A stretch of 64,000 nucleotides of DNA from Lentisphaeria bacterium. GTDB lineage: Bacteria; Verrucomicrobiota; Lentisphaeria; Victivallales; UBA1829. A program made the position numbers and the translations under genes. The notes beneath the pieces were generated by a model. The model was not told where the DNA came from. It saw nothing but the letters and a program-made list of their open reading frames with translations, and searched no databases. The stretch spans positions 3,298-67,297 of the forward strand of contig JAGBXB010000060.1 in NCBI GenBank assembly GCA_017629515.1, given 5' to 3'. Positions 27,164 to 37,145 of the stretch are shown one piece after another. The stretch's first letter is position 1, and each line of letters starts with the position of its first letter.

Positions 27164-27676
27164 TCAAAAAAGACTTTTTCTTCTTATATCGTTTCCATGC
27201 TGATCTCTGCGGGCTGTCGGCAGAAGATCCTCTCCGTCTCCTGTATCACTTTTTGCTTTGCCGGTGCAATAGAAGATCACTTGAAAATGCTTTGCAATAT
27301 TTCCATGTCTTTCCCAGGGGCGCACATATTGAAGATCCAGTGACGCCTTTCCGGGGGCAATGACCTCAAATTTCAATATTCTGTACCCCGGCGCACCGCT
27401 TTTCATTCTGTCAGAAGCACTGGAAGAGATAAAAGAATCCCGGCACAACCCCAGAAGAACAGGATCAAAGGGAGAGGCAAATTTCCATTGATAGCCGGTT
27501 GTGGGATTGGAGGAAAGTTTTACCGTAATGAAACTGCCGGTTTCCACCTGAAAAGTTCTTCCGGAATCCTTTTCAGACAATTCCAGTATTTTTTCACTCA
27601 TACAGCCGCATGAAAATAAAAGAGCCGCAGAGAACAGTACTGTCAGGATGCTGTGTATATAAAAATCTTTTTTCAT
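27164..27676 (-). CDS. Chagasin/ICP-family (I42) cysteine-peptidase-inhibitor-like lipoprotein
   Basis: Lipobox LLFSC|GC. VKLSSNPTTGYQWKF matches the NPTTGYxW loop of chagasin-family inhibitors. Start set at MKKDFY; an alternative TTG lies at 27733. Confidence 0.65.
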   Translation of the reverse strand: MKKDFYIHSILTVLFSAALLFSCGCMSEKILELSEKDSGRTFQVETGSFITVKLSSNPTTGYQWKFASPFDPVLLGLCRDSFISSSASDRMKSGAPGYRILKFEVIAPGKASLDLQYVRPWERHGNIAKHFQVIFYCTGKAKSDTGDGEDLLPTARRDQHGNDIRRKSLF

Positions 27677-27742
27677 TTTCTCTCTTGAAATTACCTCCGG
27701 AGGATAATTTACATTCCCTGCAACTTTTTTCAAGGGAAATTT

Positions 27743-28333
27743 TCATATAAAAGAGGTTTTTTCCCTGCGTTCCATACGGCGGCATAAAAAAGAGGAAAGT
27801 TTTGCCAGACGGAGAAGTTCATTTGCCGCAAGTTCCGCCGAAGAAGGGTAAAAAACCATTTCTGAACGCATACTTTCCGCCGTTTCATCCGCTAAAAGAT
27901 CCGAATCATATCTTTCGATACTGATCCATGACCGGAAATCTTCCATGGAACGGATATGAAAGGATCTTGCTCTCTGCATGACCGGTTCTTCCGGCGGAAA
28001 AAGACGGTACTTTTTCATCCGGATATATATTTCATATACCTCCTTTATCTCACAGAAAAAATCCCTGCTGCGGAAAAAAAAGATCTTCTGCCGGGAAAAA
28101 GAACTCTCTTCACGGCAATTTTCCTCCGCAAGAAACCCGTCGGAAGCCGAAACAAGGGCATTTTGACTTGCAAACAGAAGTTTTCTCCTTAAAAAAGTAA
28201 AAGAAGAGTGAAAAAGATATTTCTTTGCAAAATGTGCGTTTGCTGTATGCAAAAACAGAAAAAATTGAAAATCTTTTCTGTTTTTATATTCCCCCTCCGG
28301 AAGAGGGATCTCATCCTGTAAAAGATACATCAT
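27743..28333 (-). CDS. Hypothetical protein
   Basis: 196-aa ORF whose start overlaps the upstream stop by 4 nt. No recognisable motif. The coding call rests on operon context only. Confidence 0.4.
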   Translation of the reverse strand: MMYLLQDEIPLPEGEYKNRKDFQFFLFLHTANAHFAKKYLFHSSFTFLRRKLLFASQNALVSASDGFLAEENCREESSFSRQKIFFFRSRDFFCEIKEVYEIYIRMKKYRLFPPEEPVMQRARSFHIRSMEDFRSWISIERYDSDLLADETAESMRSEMVFYPSSAELAANELLRLAKLSSFLCRRMERREKTSFI

Positions 28334-29208
28334 TTTTCCTCTTCTTCTTCCAGTTCCTGCAATACTTCCACAATATTTTTCCCCCGGAAAGCAGGATTGA
28401 TCCCGAATCTTGTAAGGGGGAAATCGAATTTTACCGGATCTTCTGGATCAAAAGAGGCGAATTTTTCCGTGATCTCTTTTGCTGCCGGCAAACCGGCACT
28501 TTTAAGAGAAGTAAACCCCAATACCTTTGCCATACGGAACATGTGGGTATCCAGAGGGACAAGAAGTTTCTTTGGCGGGATCTTTTTCCATGTTCCTGTA
28601 TCCACATCCCTGTTTCTTACCAGAAAACGCAGCATGAGAAAAGGGCGTTTACAGGCACTTTTTCCGGAAGGGACAGGGAAAAGAAAGTGTTTGCTTTCCG
28701 GAAAATAATAACAGAGATTTTTACCGAAATTTTCCAATGCAGGAAGAATATCCTCATCATTTTTTTTGTCATATCCGGCAAGGAAAGCATTTTCCAGCGA
28801 GCCGTAAAGGTTCAATAATCTGCCGGCACCGGCAAGAAAAAGAGCCATGGAGCTGCCTTTGACGAACCGGTATTGAAAATCGGCAAAAACTTTCTGCAAT
28901 TCTTCCGGAGAGTTTTTCTTCAATACTTCCGCAAAATCTTTTCCCGGGAGAGAAGAGAGGATCCTCAACACTTTTTCAATACTTGCAAGGATCGCCTCCA
29001 CTCTGCCGAAAGCAAGGGAACAGGCAATAAGGGCAACGACCTCCCTCACCTCTTTTTTCCTGTATTTATGGAGAAAAAGCAGAGGATCAGGCTCAATATA
29101 CTCTTTTCTTGCCATGAGAAAGTAAAGCCGCCCGAAACTCTTTCCGGACGGCACATACTTTTTCAGAACTTTTTTTCTTACAGAAATTTTCTCTTTTTTG
29201 CAAGTCAT
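28330..29208 (-). CDS. TIGR02757/DUF2400-family protein (HhH-like, function unknown)
   Basis: DPLLFLHKY ... VVALIACSLAFGRVEAI ... PLDTHMFRMAKVLG ... DPEDPVKFDF fits my recollection of the DUF2400 pattern. Not verified by search. Confidence 0.55.
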   Translation of the reverse strand: MTCKKEKISVRKKVLKKYVPSGKSFGRLYFLMARKEYIEPDPLLFLHKYRKKEVREVVALIACSLAFGRVEAILASIEKVLRILSSLPGKDFAEVLKKNSPEELQKVFADFQYRFVKGSSMALFLAGAGRLLNLYGSLENAFLAGYDKKNDEDILPALENFGKNLCYYFPESKHFLFPVPSGKSACKRPFLMLRFLVRNRDVDTGTWKKIPPKKLLVPLDTHMFRMAKVLGFTSLKSAGLPAAKEITEKFASFDPEDPVKFDFPLTRFGINPAFRGKNIVEVLQELEEEEEK

Positions 29209-29233
29209 AAAAAGAAACTGAAAATTTTATTGC

Positions 29234-29392
29234 TTACGCAGGTTTGAAAGCATCCTTCCCCACACCGCAGTCCGGACAGAGCCAATCAGAGGGCACATCT
29301 TCCCATTTTGTTCCGGGAGCGATCCCTGTTGCAGGATCCCCTTTTTCGGGATCGTACTGAAAACCGCATACTTCGCACACATACTTTTCCAT
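29234..29392 (-). CDS. Rubredoxin
   Basis: Not in the ORF track (52 aa). My translation is [52 protein letters not shown], with the CxxCG ... CPxCG motifs. Confidence 0.9.
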   Translation of the reverse strand: MEKYVCEVCGFQYDPEKGDPATGIAPGTKWEDVPSDWLCPDCGVGKDAFKPA

Positions 29393-29440
29393 AGTATATA
29401 ACTCCTTCTTTTTATTTTTATTTCCGGTAAATATTCCGGC

Positions 29441-29833
29441 TTAACCGATCTTTTTTTCCCAGAGTCCGTGGATATTGCAGTATTCCCGCAAAACCATCCC
29501 TGAAGCCAATTTCACAGGGAAAAATGCTTCCGGAACCATCCCTGCTTTCAGATATTCCCGGAATACTTTTGTACCGTCAATGACTTCGATCCATTCGATA
29601 TGATGCTGTTCCGTCATGGGATGCAGTACATTTTCCCCTATTTTTACAATAAGACCATATTCCCCTTCCACAGGAAAAGGCACATGTTTTTCCAATTTTG
29701 TATCTGCTGTCTTCGCCTCCAGTTCCTCCATCGGCTCGGTACAGCATACAACGCATTGGGTACAGCCCTGATCGCTGACAGTTTCCACAGTAAGTCCGCA
29801 ACTGGCACAACGCATAATCGTGTTCTTTTTCAT
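29441..29833 (-). CDS. dfx: Desulfoferrodoxin (2Fe superoxide reductase)
   Basis: N-terminal desulforedoxin Cys pattern (CASCG ... CC). SOR centre residues EKHVP ... HPM ... HHIEW ... CNIHGLW. Confidence 0.9.
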   Translation of the reverse strand: MKKNTIMRCASCGLTVETVSDQGCTQCVVCCTEPMEELEAKTADTKLEKHVPFPVEGEYGLIVKIGENVLHPMTEQHHIEWIEVIDGTKVFREYLKAGMVPEAFFPVKLASGMVLREYCNIHGLWEKKIG

Positions 29834-29986
29834 GTTTCCCCCCTTTTTTCATGAAAAATTCTGCGATCTCCGCAACAGAATCCCCGTGATCCTGAAACAA
29901 TCAAGCGGAAATCTCTCTACGGATAAAATAACACAGGGAAATGAAAAAGCAAATGAAAAGAAAGAAAAAAACTTTTTTTTCAAATT

Positions 29987-30997
29987 TTATTCATTTTCGG
30001 CTCTGGCACGGCGTGTCATAAGTTCCGTAACAGCCTCCCGGGGGTCTTTTTCCTTGTAGATCACATCATAAACCGCATTGACGATAGGGGTTTCCACGCC
30101 GCATTTCCAGGCAAGATCTCTGGCAGATTTGGCTGTTTTCACCCCTTCTGCCACGGTCATTCCCATTTCGGCAGTGATCTCACTTATTTTCCTGCCTTTC
30201 CCCAGTTCCTCCCCGACAAATCTGTTGCGGGAGTGTCTGCTTGTGCATGTCACGATAAGGTCACCGATACCGGAAAGCCCTGCAAAGGTGCGTTCATCCC
30301 CGCCGAGGGAAATTCCCAGACGGGTCAGTTCCGCTATTGCTCTTGTCATCAACGCAGCTTTGGGATTGTCCCCCATCCCCATCCCGTCAATGATCCCTGC
30401 GGCAACTGCATACACATTTTTCAATGCGCCGCCCAGTTCCACTCCCGTAAGGTCGGAAGAGGTGTAAATACGGAAATAGGGATTCATAAAAGTATCCCTT
30501 GCTTTTGTGGCAAGATCCTGATCGGCGGAAGCAAGGGTAACAAGAGTTGGCATTTTCCGGGATACCTCTTCGGCATGACTGGGACCGGAAATGGCGCAAT
30601 ATTGCAGATCTTTCCCCAGGATCTCTTTACAGATACCGCTCATGGAAAGAAGTGACCCCACTTCAATACCTTTGGCAATATTGACAAGAGCGTGTTTTCC
30701 GGGATCAAAACAATTTTTGAGTTTTTCCAGCGTTCCCCGCATATACTGGGAAGGGGAGGCAAGGACGAGAAGTTCCGCATTTTCCACAGCATTTGCCATA
30801 TCCTCTTCTATAAGGATAGTTTCCGGTACGGCAACGCCTTTAAGGAATTTATTTTCCCTTTTTTCCCGGATCTCCCGGAGATTTTCCGGAAAAGGTCCCC
30901 ATAAAATAGTATTTTTTCCGTTTCCGGCAAGCACCATTGCCAGTGCTGTACCCCAGGCACCATCTCCAAGTACTGTCACATTCTGAAAAGAGTTCAT
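29987..30997 (-). CDS. gpsA: NAD(P)H-dependent glycerol-3-phosphate dehydrogenase
   Basis: VTVLGDGAWGTALA ... GPSHAEEV ... GALKNV ... typical of GpsA. 336 aa. Confidence 0.9.
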   Translation of the reverse strand: MNSFQNVTVLGDGAWGTALAMVLAGNGKNTILWGPFPENLREIREKRENKFLKGVAVPETILIEEDMANAVENAELLVLASPSQYMRGTLEKLKNCFDPGKHALVNIAKGIEVGSLLSMSGICKEILGKDLQYCAISGPSHAEEVSRKMPTLVTLASADQDLATKARDTFMNPYFRIYTSSDLTGVELGGALKNVYAVAAGIIDGMGMGDNPKAALMTRAIAELTRLGISLGGDERTFAGLSGIGDLIVTCTSRHSRNRFVGEELGKGRKISEITAEMGMTVAEGVKTAKSARDLAWKCGVETPIVNAVYDVIYKEKDPREAVTELMTRRARAENE

Positions 30998-30998
30998 A

Positions 30999-31682
30999 TT
31001 ATTTTTCCCCGTTGTCTGTATTGTCTTTCTTTTTCACAAATCTGCTTTCCGTACCATTGAGAAGTCGTTTGATGTTGGAAATATGCTTGACAATGGCAAG
31101 AACACCAAGAAGGATAAACAACGCCAATTCCATATCGGACACATTCCAGAGTCCCAGTTTCCCTGCCCCCCAGGCAAATACCGGCAGAAGAGCAGCAGCA
31201 AAAATACTGGCAAGAGAAACATACCGGAAAGCAAAGAAAAGAGCTGCCCACACGATCCCGGAAGCAAGAAGTGCAGGAGGATTCAAAGCCAGAACCGCTC
31301 CCGCTGCGGTGGAAATACCCTTGCCGCCTTTAAATTTCAGCCATACAGGGAAAATGTGTCCGGCAACAGCGCAAAATGCGGCAAGAGAGGGGAGAAGTCC
31401 CCAGGGATCGGCAAAACAGCCTTTCCGGCAAAGGAAAGTTACCAGAGCCACCGGAAGAGCACTTTTGAGAAAATCGCAGAAAAAGCACCCTTTCCCCCAC
31501 CATTTTCCCACAACTCTTGTTACATTGGTTGCGCCGATGTTGCCGCTGCCGTGTTCTCTTATGTCGATCCCTTTCATCTTTCCAATGAGGAAGCCGAAAG
31601 GGATACTGCCGGCAAGATAAGAAAAGATAATCGTTGCGGCAATGGAAAGTGCCGGAAGGTTGTTTTCCACAAAAGTCATCAT
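30999..31682 (-). CDS. plsY: Glycerol-3-phosphate acyltransferase PlsY
   Basis: YLAGSIPFGFLIGK ... DIREHGSGNIGATNV ... FKGGKG. Start trimmed to MMTFVEN. Confidence 0.9.
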   Translation of the reverse strand: MMTFVENNLPALSIAATIIFSYLAGSIPFGFLIGKMKGIDIREHGSGNIGATNVTRVVGKWWGKGCFFCDFLKSALPVALVTFLCRKGCFADPWGLLPSLAAFCAVAGHIFPVWLKFKGGKGISTAAGAVLALNPPALLASGIVWAALFFAFRYVSLASIFAAALLPVFAWGAGKLGLWNVSDMELALFILLGVLAIVKHISNIKRLLNGTESRFVKKKDNTDNGEK

Positions 31683-31787
31683 ATTTTCTCCTTTTCTGAT
31701 TTGTCTTTTTGTTCCGGTAAGGCTATATTTATACAGAAGGAACTCCATCCGCACAAAAATAAAAAAATAAAACCGGGTCTATATATT

Positions 31788-32957
31788 ATGCCTCCAAAAT
31801 CTGATTTTTCAAGTAAAAACGCAAAAAGTTTATCCACTTTCCCCTCAAAATTGATTATCGGAAATGCCGTAAACAGTGCAGATATCCTTTACGGAAGCCG
31901 TTTCCGTGCGGAAGATGATTTTATCTACTTTGAACATGAAGGCAGAAAGGGCATCGTCGTATCCTCTCTGGAATATTCCCGTGCGCTGGAACAGGTGAAA
32001 AAAGGTGTGGAAGTACTGGAATACTCCTCCCTTATGCGTAAAAACGATCTGGCAAAAGGGATATCGGCGGAAGTGGCTCTTTCCCGTTTTCTGCAGGTAA
32101 AAGAGTGGCTTGTACCTGCCTCCTTTCCTTTCGGAAAAGCAGTGAATCTCTGTAAGGAGGGAATTTCTGTCCAAAGTGCCGACGGGGGCTTTTTTCCGGA
32201 AAGGGAGGTGAAAACGGAAGAGGAGATCGCCTGTATCCGGAAAAGTGTTCACGCTGTGGAAGAGATCATGAAAGAGTTGCAGAATATGATCCGGGAAGCC
32301 AGAGTAAATTCACAAAATTACCTTGTCCTTGCAGATAAGGTACTGACCAGTGAATACTTGCGCCGGGAACTGGAAAGCAATTTCAAAAGAATGGGTTTTA
32401 CAGCCAATCATACCATCATCGCCTGCGGAAAAGATGCCGCCGCTCCTCACAATACCGGTCATGGCCCTCTCCGGGCAGGGGAGACGATCGTGGCAGATAT
32501 TTTCCCCAGGGATGACGAAACATTCTACTGGGGGGATATGACCCGTACTTTTGTAAAAGGCAAAGCCCCCCTGCATGTAAAAAAAGCCTTTGATGCCGTA
32601 AAAGGAGCCTCCCTGGCGGCATTTAAAGTCCTCCGTGCGGGTTCTTCCGGTGCAGGAGTCCATGCAGTTGCGGCAGAATATCTGAAAGAAGCGGGTTTCG
32701 TAACGGGAAAAGATGAAAACAACCTCCCCTGCGGATTTTTCCACGGTCTGGGACACGGAGTGGGATTGGAGATCCATGAGGGTCCCCGGCTTTCCCCCTC
32801 GTACCCCCAAAAACTTGTGGCGGGAAATGTGGTAAGCGTTGAACCGGGATTATATTATGCCTCCTGGGGGGGCATCCGTCTGGAAGATCTTGCCGTTGTA
32901 CGGGAAGAGGGGGCGGAAGATCTCAATACGATGGAAATGGAATTGGAGATCCCCTGA
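31788..32957 (+). CDS. M24-family Xaa-Pro aminopeptidase/dipeptidase
   Basis: Internal ATG at 31788 of ORF 31083..32957; the upstream part is antisense to plsY. DMTRTF ... HGLGHGVGLEIHE ... VEPGLY ... IRLED are metal ligands of the pita-bread fold. Confidence 0.85.
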   Translation: MPPKSDFSSKNAKSLSTFPSKLIIGNAVNSADILYGSRFRAEDDFIYFEHEGRKGIVVSSLEYSRALEQVKKGVEVLEYSSLMRKNDLAKGISAEVALSRFLQVKEWLVPASFPFGKAVNLCKEGISVQSADGGFFPEREVKTEEEIACIRKSVHAVEEIMKELQNMIREARVNSQNYLVLADKVLTSEYLRRELESNFKRMGFTANHTIIACGKDAAAPHNTGHGPLRAGETIVADIFPRDDETFYWGDMTRTFVKGKAPLHVKKAFDAVKGASLAAFKVLRAGSSGAGVHAVAAEYLKEAGFVTGKDENNLPCGFFHGLGHGVGLEIHEGPRLSPSYPQKLVAGNVVSVEPGLYYASWGGIRLEDLAVVREEGAEDLNTMEMELEIP

Positions 32958-33066
32958 TTGGGGCGGGTATTTTCCCAAAAATATTTTTTCTGTTGAAAAT
33001 ATGGCAGAAGTGTGCTATATTATCAGTATTGAGTAATAGTCTGAAACAAAACAGGAAAAAAACATT

Positions 33067-33696
33067 ATGAAAAAAACATTGGCCGTGGCTCTTTCCGCCC
33101 TCTTCGCCTCCCTCATCCTTACATCCTGTCAGGATCCCTGGATGACCAACACTTCCCGCAATGCCATTGAACAGTACATGATCGCAACAGTCATTGAACG
33201 CATCAGCGGAGCAGCAGATTTCAAAAAGTATAAAGGCAAAAAAGTCTATATGGACTACTCTCTTGCCAATCCCCAGGTGGATAAACCCTATTTGCAGGGA
33301 AGATTGGAAATGGAACTTTCCCGTTTGAACTGCATCGTTGTGGACAAACAGGAAAAAGCCGATATCATGATCCAGGTGCTTGTAGGTGTACTTGCCACTG
33401 ACTACAAACGTTTCCTTATCGGTACACCCCCGCTTCCCATTCCCATGCCCAGCACCTCTTTGGAATTTGCCATTCCGGAAGTGGCGTTCTTCAAAAGATT
33501 CCAGCGCATTGCCTACGGCAGAATGGCTTTCAATATCTTTGACGCCAAAACCAGGGCCCCGCTGGAAGTCATCCCCTACATCAATGGCAGTGCCCAGTAC
33601 AACAATTACGCCATATTGCTCTTCCCTTTCACCACCAGCGATATGGATATGAAAGATACCACCTCCGGCAAAATGAATTTCAGTGTGATCGAATAA
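33067..33696 (+). CDS. Hypothetical lipoprotein
   Basis: Signal peptide with lipobox LILTSC|Q. 209 aa. No domain recognised. Confidence 0.55.
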   Translation: MKKTLAVALSALFASLILTSCQDPWMTNTSRNAIEQYMIATVIERISGAADFKKYKGKKVYMDYSLANPQVDKPYLQGRLEMELSRLNCIVVDKQEKADIMIQVLVGVLATDYKRFLIGTPPLPIPMPSTSLEFAIPEVAFFKRFQRIAYGRMAFNIFDAKTRAPLEVIPYINGSAQYNNYAILLFPFTTSDMDMKDTTSGKMNFSVIE

Positions 33697-33756
33697 TTGA
33701 ACACACTGGAATAATTGCTGTCAAAAGAAAAAACAACATTACTTGAGGAGCAGAAA

Positions 33757-34734
33757 ATGAGATTTCTCATTACAGGCGGAGCTGGTTTTATCGGCAGTTT
33801 TCTTACAGAATCTCTCATTGCAGACGGTCATTTTGTTACTGTCATTGATAATTTTTCCACAGGAAGCATGGCAAACCTTGCCTCCGTGGAACATAACCCT
33901 TCCTTACGGATCATTGAAGATGATATTCTCACTGCTCCCAATATCAAATCCCTTGTAGCGGCAAATGATTGTGTCATCCATCTTGCCGCTGCTGTGGGAG
34001 TGGAAAAAGTCGTCCGGGATCCTGTCCAGACCATCATCACCAATGTTCACGGTACAGAGCGGATCCTCACTGCCGCTGCCGAATATTCCAGAAGATGTAT
34101 TATTGCCTCCACCAGTGAAGTTTACGGAAAATCCGACGCTCCTTTCTTCAAGGAAACAGATGATCTGCGCATCGGTTCCTCCACCAACTCCCGCTGGTCT
34201 TATGCATGCAGTAAACTTCTGGATGAATTTTTCCTTATGGCATTTTACCGCAATCACGCTCTTCCCGGTACGGTGGTGCGTTTCTTCAATACCGTCGGCC
34301 CCCGTCAGAGCGGAAGATACGGTATGGTACTGCCCCGGTTTGCTGCGGCAGCCCTGAAAGGAGAGGATCTGCCGGTATATGGTACAGGGGAACAGACCAG
34401 ATGTTTCTGCCATGTGAAAGATGTGGTCAGGGCATTGCGTCTCCTCATCAATGACGACCGTACCTATGGTAAGATCTACAATATCGGAACCACCAGACGC
34501 ATTTCCATTGAAAATCTTGCCAAACTGGTTATCGAAAGAGCGTCATCCCCCTCCGGCATAAAGAAGATCCCCTACGATCAGGCGTATGAACCGGGTTTTG
34601 AAGATATGCTCAACCGGGCGCCGGATTGCAGTGCTCTGCATACTCTTACCGGTTGGGAACCGGAGATCTCCCTTGAAGAAATCATCGATGATGTAACAAC
34701 TTATGCCAAAGCAAAACTTGACGGAAGGATTTGA
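33757..34734 (+). CDS. NAD-dependent nucleotide-sugar epimerase/dehydratase
   Basis: MRFLITGGAGFIGSFL, STSEVYG and YACSK (YxxxK). 325 aa. Confidence 0.85.
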   Translation: MRFLITGGAGFIGSFLTESLIADGHFVTVIDNFSTGSMANLASVEHNPSLRIIEDDILTAPNIKSLVAANDCVIHLAAAVGVEKVVRDPVQTIITNVHGTERILTAAAEYSRRCIIASTSEVYGKSDAPFFKETDDLRIGSSTNSRWSYACSKLLDEFFLMAFYRNHALPGTVVRFFNTVGPRQSGRYGMVLPRFAAAALKGEDLPVYGTGEQTRCFCHVKDVVRALRLLINDDRTYGKIYNIGTTRRISIENLAKLVIERASSPSGIKKIPYDQAYEPGFEDMLNRAPDCSALHTLTGWEPEISLEEIIDDVTTYAKAKLDGRI

Positions 34735-34735
34735 A

Positions 34736-35935
34736 ATGAAAGAAGAAACCGCCATCAGTCTTTTTGAAAAATATGATCTTACCAGGATCATCTCCTCCTC
34801 CAACGCCGCCTCTATGGCAGTGGATCTTCTTGTACGCCAGGATGCAAAAAGGCTCCTGATCTGTATGGGTTCCGCCTCTGCCAATCTTCCCGACAGTGCT
34901 TTTATTTCTTTTTTGAGAGCCATGGGCTGCTGGAAGCCGGAAATGACCTATTGCGACAACATCCCCGCGGAACCGGCAACAGAGGATGTACGCAGAATAG
35001 TAAAACAAATGGAACAAAATGATGTGGAATATGTCATAGCCATCGGCGGCGGAAGTGTAATGGATGCGGCAAAAGCGGCATACCTTTCCTATCAGAGCAA
35101 AAAAGATGTGACGGAACTTTTCGGTGTCAATAAAATTTCTTCCGTCACTTCTGCAAGTGATTTCAAGAGAGTTATTTGCATACCGACCACCTCCGGAACC
35201 GGTTCGGAAGCCACTCCCTATTCCAACATTGTGGACAATGAATCCAAAGTAAAGAAACTTATTGTGGAACAGGCCATCATACCCCAATGGGCGTTCCTTT
35301 CTCCCTCCTTTACAAAGAGTATGCCCCTTTCCCTGACAGTCACCACAGCTCTGGATGCTCTTGTGCACTCCATTGAAAGTCTTTTGAATAATTCTTCCCC
35401 GGACGCTCCTGCCGAAGCTGAAGAATGGGCATTGACCTCCATCTCTCTTATTGCGGAAAATCTGCCCAAAGCTGTTGCCGATGGAAATGATCTGCAAGCA
35501 AGAAAAGCTCTTTCGGAAGCGGCGGCTCTCGGCGGGATGTGTATTACCCACCGTCCTACCAGCCTCCCCCATCTTGCCAGTTTCTCTCTTTACGGGAAAG
35601 TCACTCACGGTCAGGCAGTTGCAGCACTTCTTCCCGGATTCTGGGGTTATTACATCGAAGAGGAAAGTGTTGCAAATGCCACCATGAAACTTGCCGGGAT
35701 CTTTTCCGGTGAAAAAGAAACCGATGCTTCTTCCGTCATCGAATCCTATAAAAACTTTGTCCGCAGTGTGGGCGGAGCCCCCTCCCCCGGCGAACTGGGA
35801 TTGGATAAGAGTCTCATAGAAAAAATCTCTTCCGACGCTCTTCTCAACCCCGTCAAACTGCAAAGTTCCCCCAGAAAGATCAATTTGGATGACGCTTCCG
35901 GCGTCATTTCCGGCATACTGGAAAAAGCGTGGTAA
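34736..35935 (+). CDS. Iron-containing (group III) alcohol dehydrogenase family protein
   Basis: VIAIGGGSVMDAAKAA ... PTTSGTGSE ... ALDALVHSIE. Start at MKEETA, 1 nt after the upstream stop. Confidence 0.8.
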   Translation: MKEETAISLFEKYDLTRIISSSNAASMAVDLLVRQDAKRLLICMGSASANLPDSAFISFLRAMGCWKPEMTYCDNIPAEPATEDVRRIVKQMEQNDVEYVIAIGGGSVMDAAKAAYLSYQSKKDVTELFGVNKISSVTSASDFKRVICIPTTSGTGSEATPYSNIVDNESKVKKLIVEQAIIPQWAFLSPSFTKSMPLSLTVTTALDALVHSIESLLNNSSPDAPAEAEEWALTSISLIAENLPKAVADGNDLQARKALSEAAALGGMCITHRPTSLPHLASFSLYGKVTHGQAVAALLPGFWGYYIEEESVANATMKLAGIFSGEKETDASSVIESYKNFVRSVGGAPSPGELGLDKSLIEKISSDALLNPVKLQSSPRKINLDDASGVISGILEKAW

Positions 35936-35980
35936 GGAGGAAAGAATTTTCTGCACCACAAAAAACAAAAGGGGGTCTGT

Positions 35981-37126
35981 ATGAAAATTGTGATCGCACC
36001 GGACAAATTCAAAGGCAACATGACGGCACCGGAAGTCTGCGGCATCGTCAAACGGGCATTTCTGAAACATCTGCCGGATGCAGAAATCGTCACACTCCCA
36101 ATGGCTGACGGCGGCGAAGGAACAGTTGACGCCGTCATTTCCGCTACCGGCGGAGCCCTCCATTCTATCGTCGTACAAGGCCCTATGGGAGAAAAAGTGA
36201 CGGCGAAATACGGCACATTCCGTACAAGTGACGGACGATTGACGGGTGTAATGGAAATGGCATCTGCCAGTGGACTTGCTCTTGTCCCGCCGGAAAAACG
36301 CAACATACTCAAAGCCTCCACCTACGGTACCGGGGAAGTGATTAAAGCACTGTTGGATATGGGGGTAAGTGAGATCGTCATTGGTATCGGCGGCAGTGCC
36401 ACAAATGACGGAGGCGCAGGGATGGCCCAGGCTCTTTCTTTTCATCTGCTGGATAAAGAGGGCAGGGAACTGACTCCCGGCGGAGGAGAATTGATCCATC
36501 TGGCAAAAATTGACGCCTCGGAAGCCGATAAGCGTCTGGCAAATGTAAAGTTCCGTGTCGCCTGCGATGTGACAAATCCCCTGCTGGGGGAAAACGGGGC
36601 TGCTGCCGTATATGGTCCGCAGAAAGGGGCGGACAGCCACTCCATTCCCATTCTTGAAGCAGGTCTGACCCGTCTGGCAGAGGTATGGAAAAGTGACGGA
36701 ATGTTGGAAGATGTGACGGAAGCAGGTGACGGAGCAGCCGGCGGATTGGGCGCGGGTTTACGGGCATTCTGTAAAGCGGAAAAAGTCTCCGGCGCGCATC
36801 TTGTGATGGATGTGCTTGAATATGAGAAACATCTGCAGGGATCCGATCTTGTGATTTTAGGGGAGGGCTGTACCGATTCCCAGACGGATTCCGGCAAAAT
36901 ATGTTCGGAAGCGGCGAAAACGGCAAAGAAACACCATGTCCCTGCCCTGCTGCTTTCCGGGGCTCTTCTGGGATCGCCGGAAACTTTTGCGGAAACTTTT
37001 GATTGTGCGTTCAGTACCTCTACCGGAGGACATAAAAATATAGAGGAAACATTGAGTGCCGGAAAAAAGGATCTTTATTTTACCGCACTCAATATTGCCG
37101 CCCTGGTAAAACTTATGCAGAAATAA
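35981..37126 (+). CDS. glxK: Glycerate kinase
   Basis: MKIVIAPDKFKGNMTAPEV ... PMADGGEGT ... IGIGGSATNDGGAGM ... VITGEG-like LGEGCTDSQT. Confidence 0.85.
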   Translation: MKIVIAPDKFKGNMTAPEVCGIVKRAFLKHLPDAEIVTLPMADGGEGTVDAVISATGGALHSIVVQGPMGEKVTAKYGTFRTSDGRLTGVMEMASASGLALVPPEKRNILKASTYGTGEVIKALLDMGVSEIVIGIGGSATNDGGAGMAQALSFHLLDKEGRELTPGGGELIHLAKIDASEADKRLANVKFRVACDVTNPLLGENGAAAVYGPQKGADSHSIPILEAGLTRLAEVWKSDGMLEDVTEAGDGAAGGLGAGLRAFCKAEKVSGAHLVMDVLEYEKHLQGSDLVILGEGCTDSQTDSGKICSEAAKTAKKHHVPALLLSGALLGSPETFAETFDCAFSTSTGGHKNIEETLSAGKKDLYFTALNIAALVKLMQK

Positions 37127-37145
37127 CAAAACAACAGGCAGAAAA

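Noticed and set aside
31083-31787. N-terminal 235-aa extension of the M24 peptidase ORF
   Set aside because: The extension is antisense to plsY and has no peptidase similarity. The creatinase/M24 N-domain begins at the internal ATG at 31788.
32957-32975. TTGGGGCGGGT, shared with the apex of the repeated element, as a fourth copy
   Set aside because: Only 11 nt match and none of the flanking modules (5' block, helices, 3' hairpin) is present.
34682-36640. 652-aa ORF on the minus strand spanning two genes
   Set aside because: It is antisense to two plus-strand genes with clear family motifs (Fe-alcohol dehydrogenase, glycerate kinase). Its translation is low-complexity and Gly/Arg/Phe-rich with no motif. 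This genome produces long stop-free antisense frames. Other examples are 21917-23239 (+), 62737-63990 (+), 12292-13263 (-), 54336-55667 (-), 57555-58961 (-) and 10081-11007 (+).
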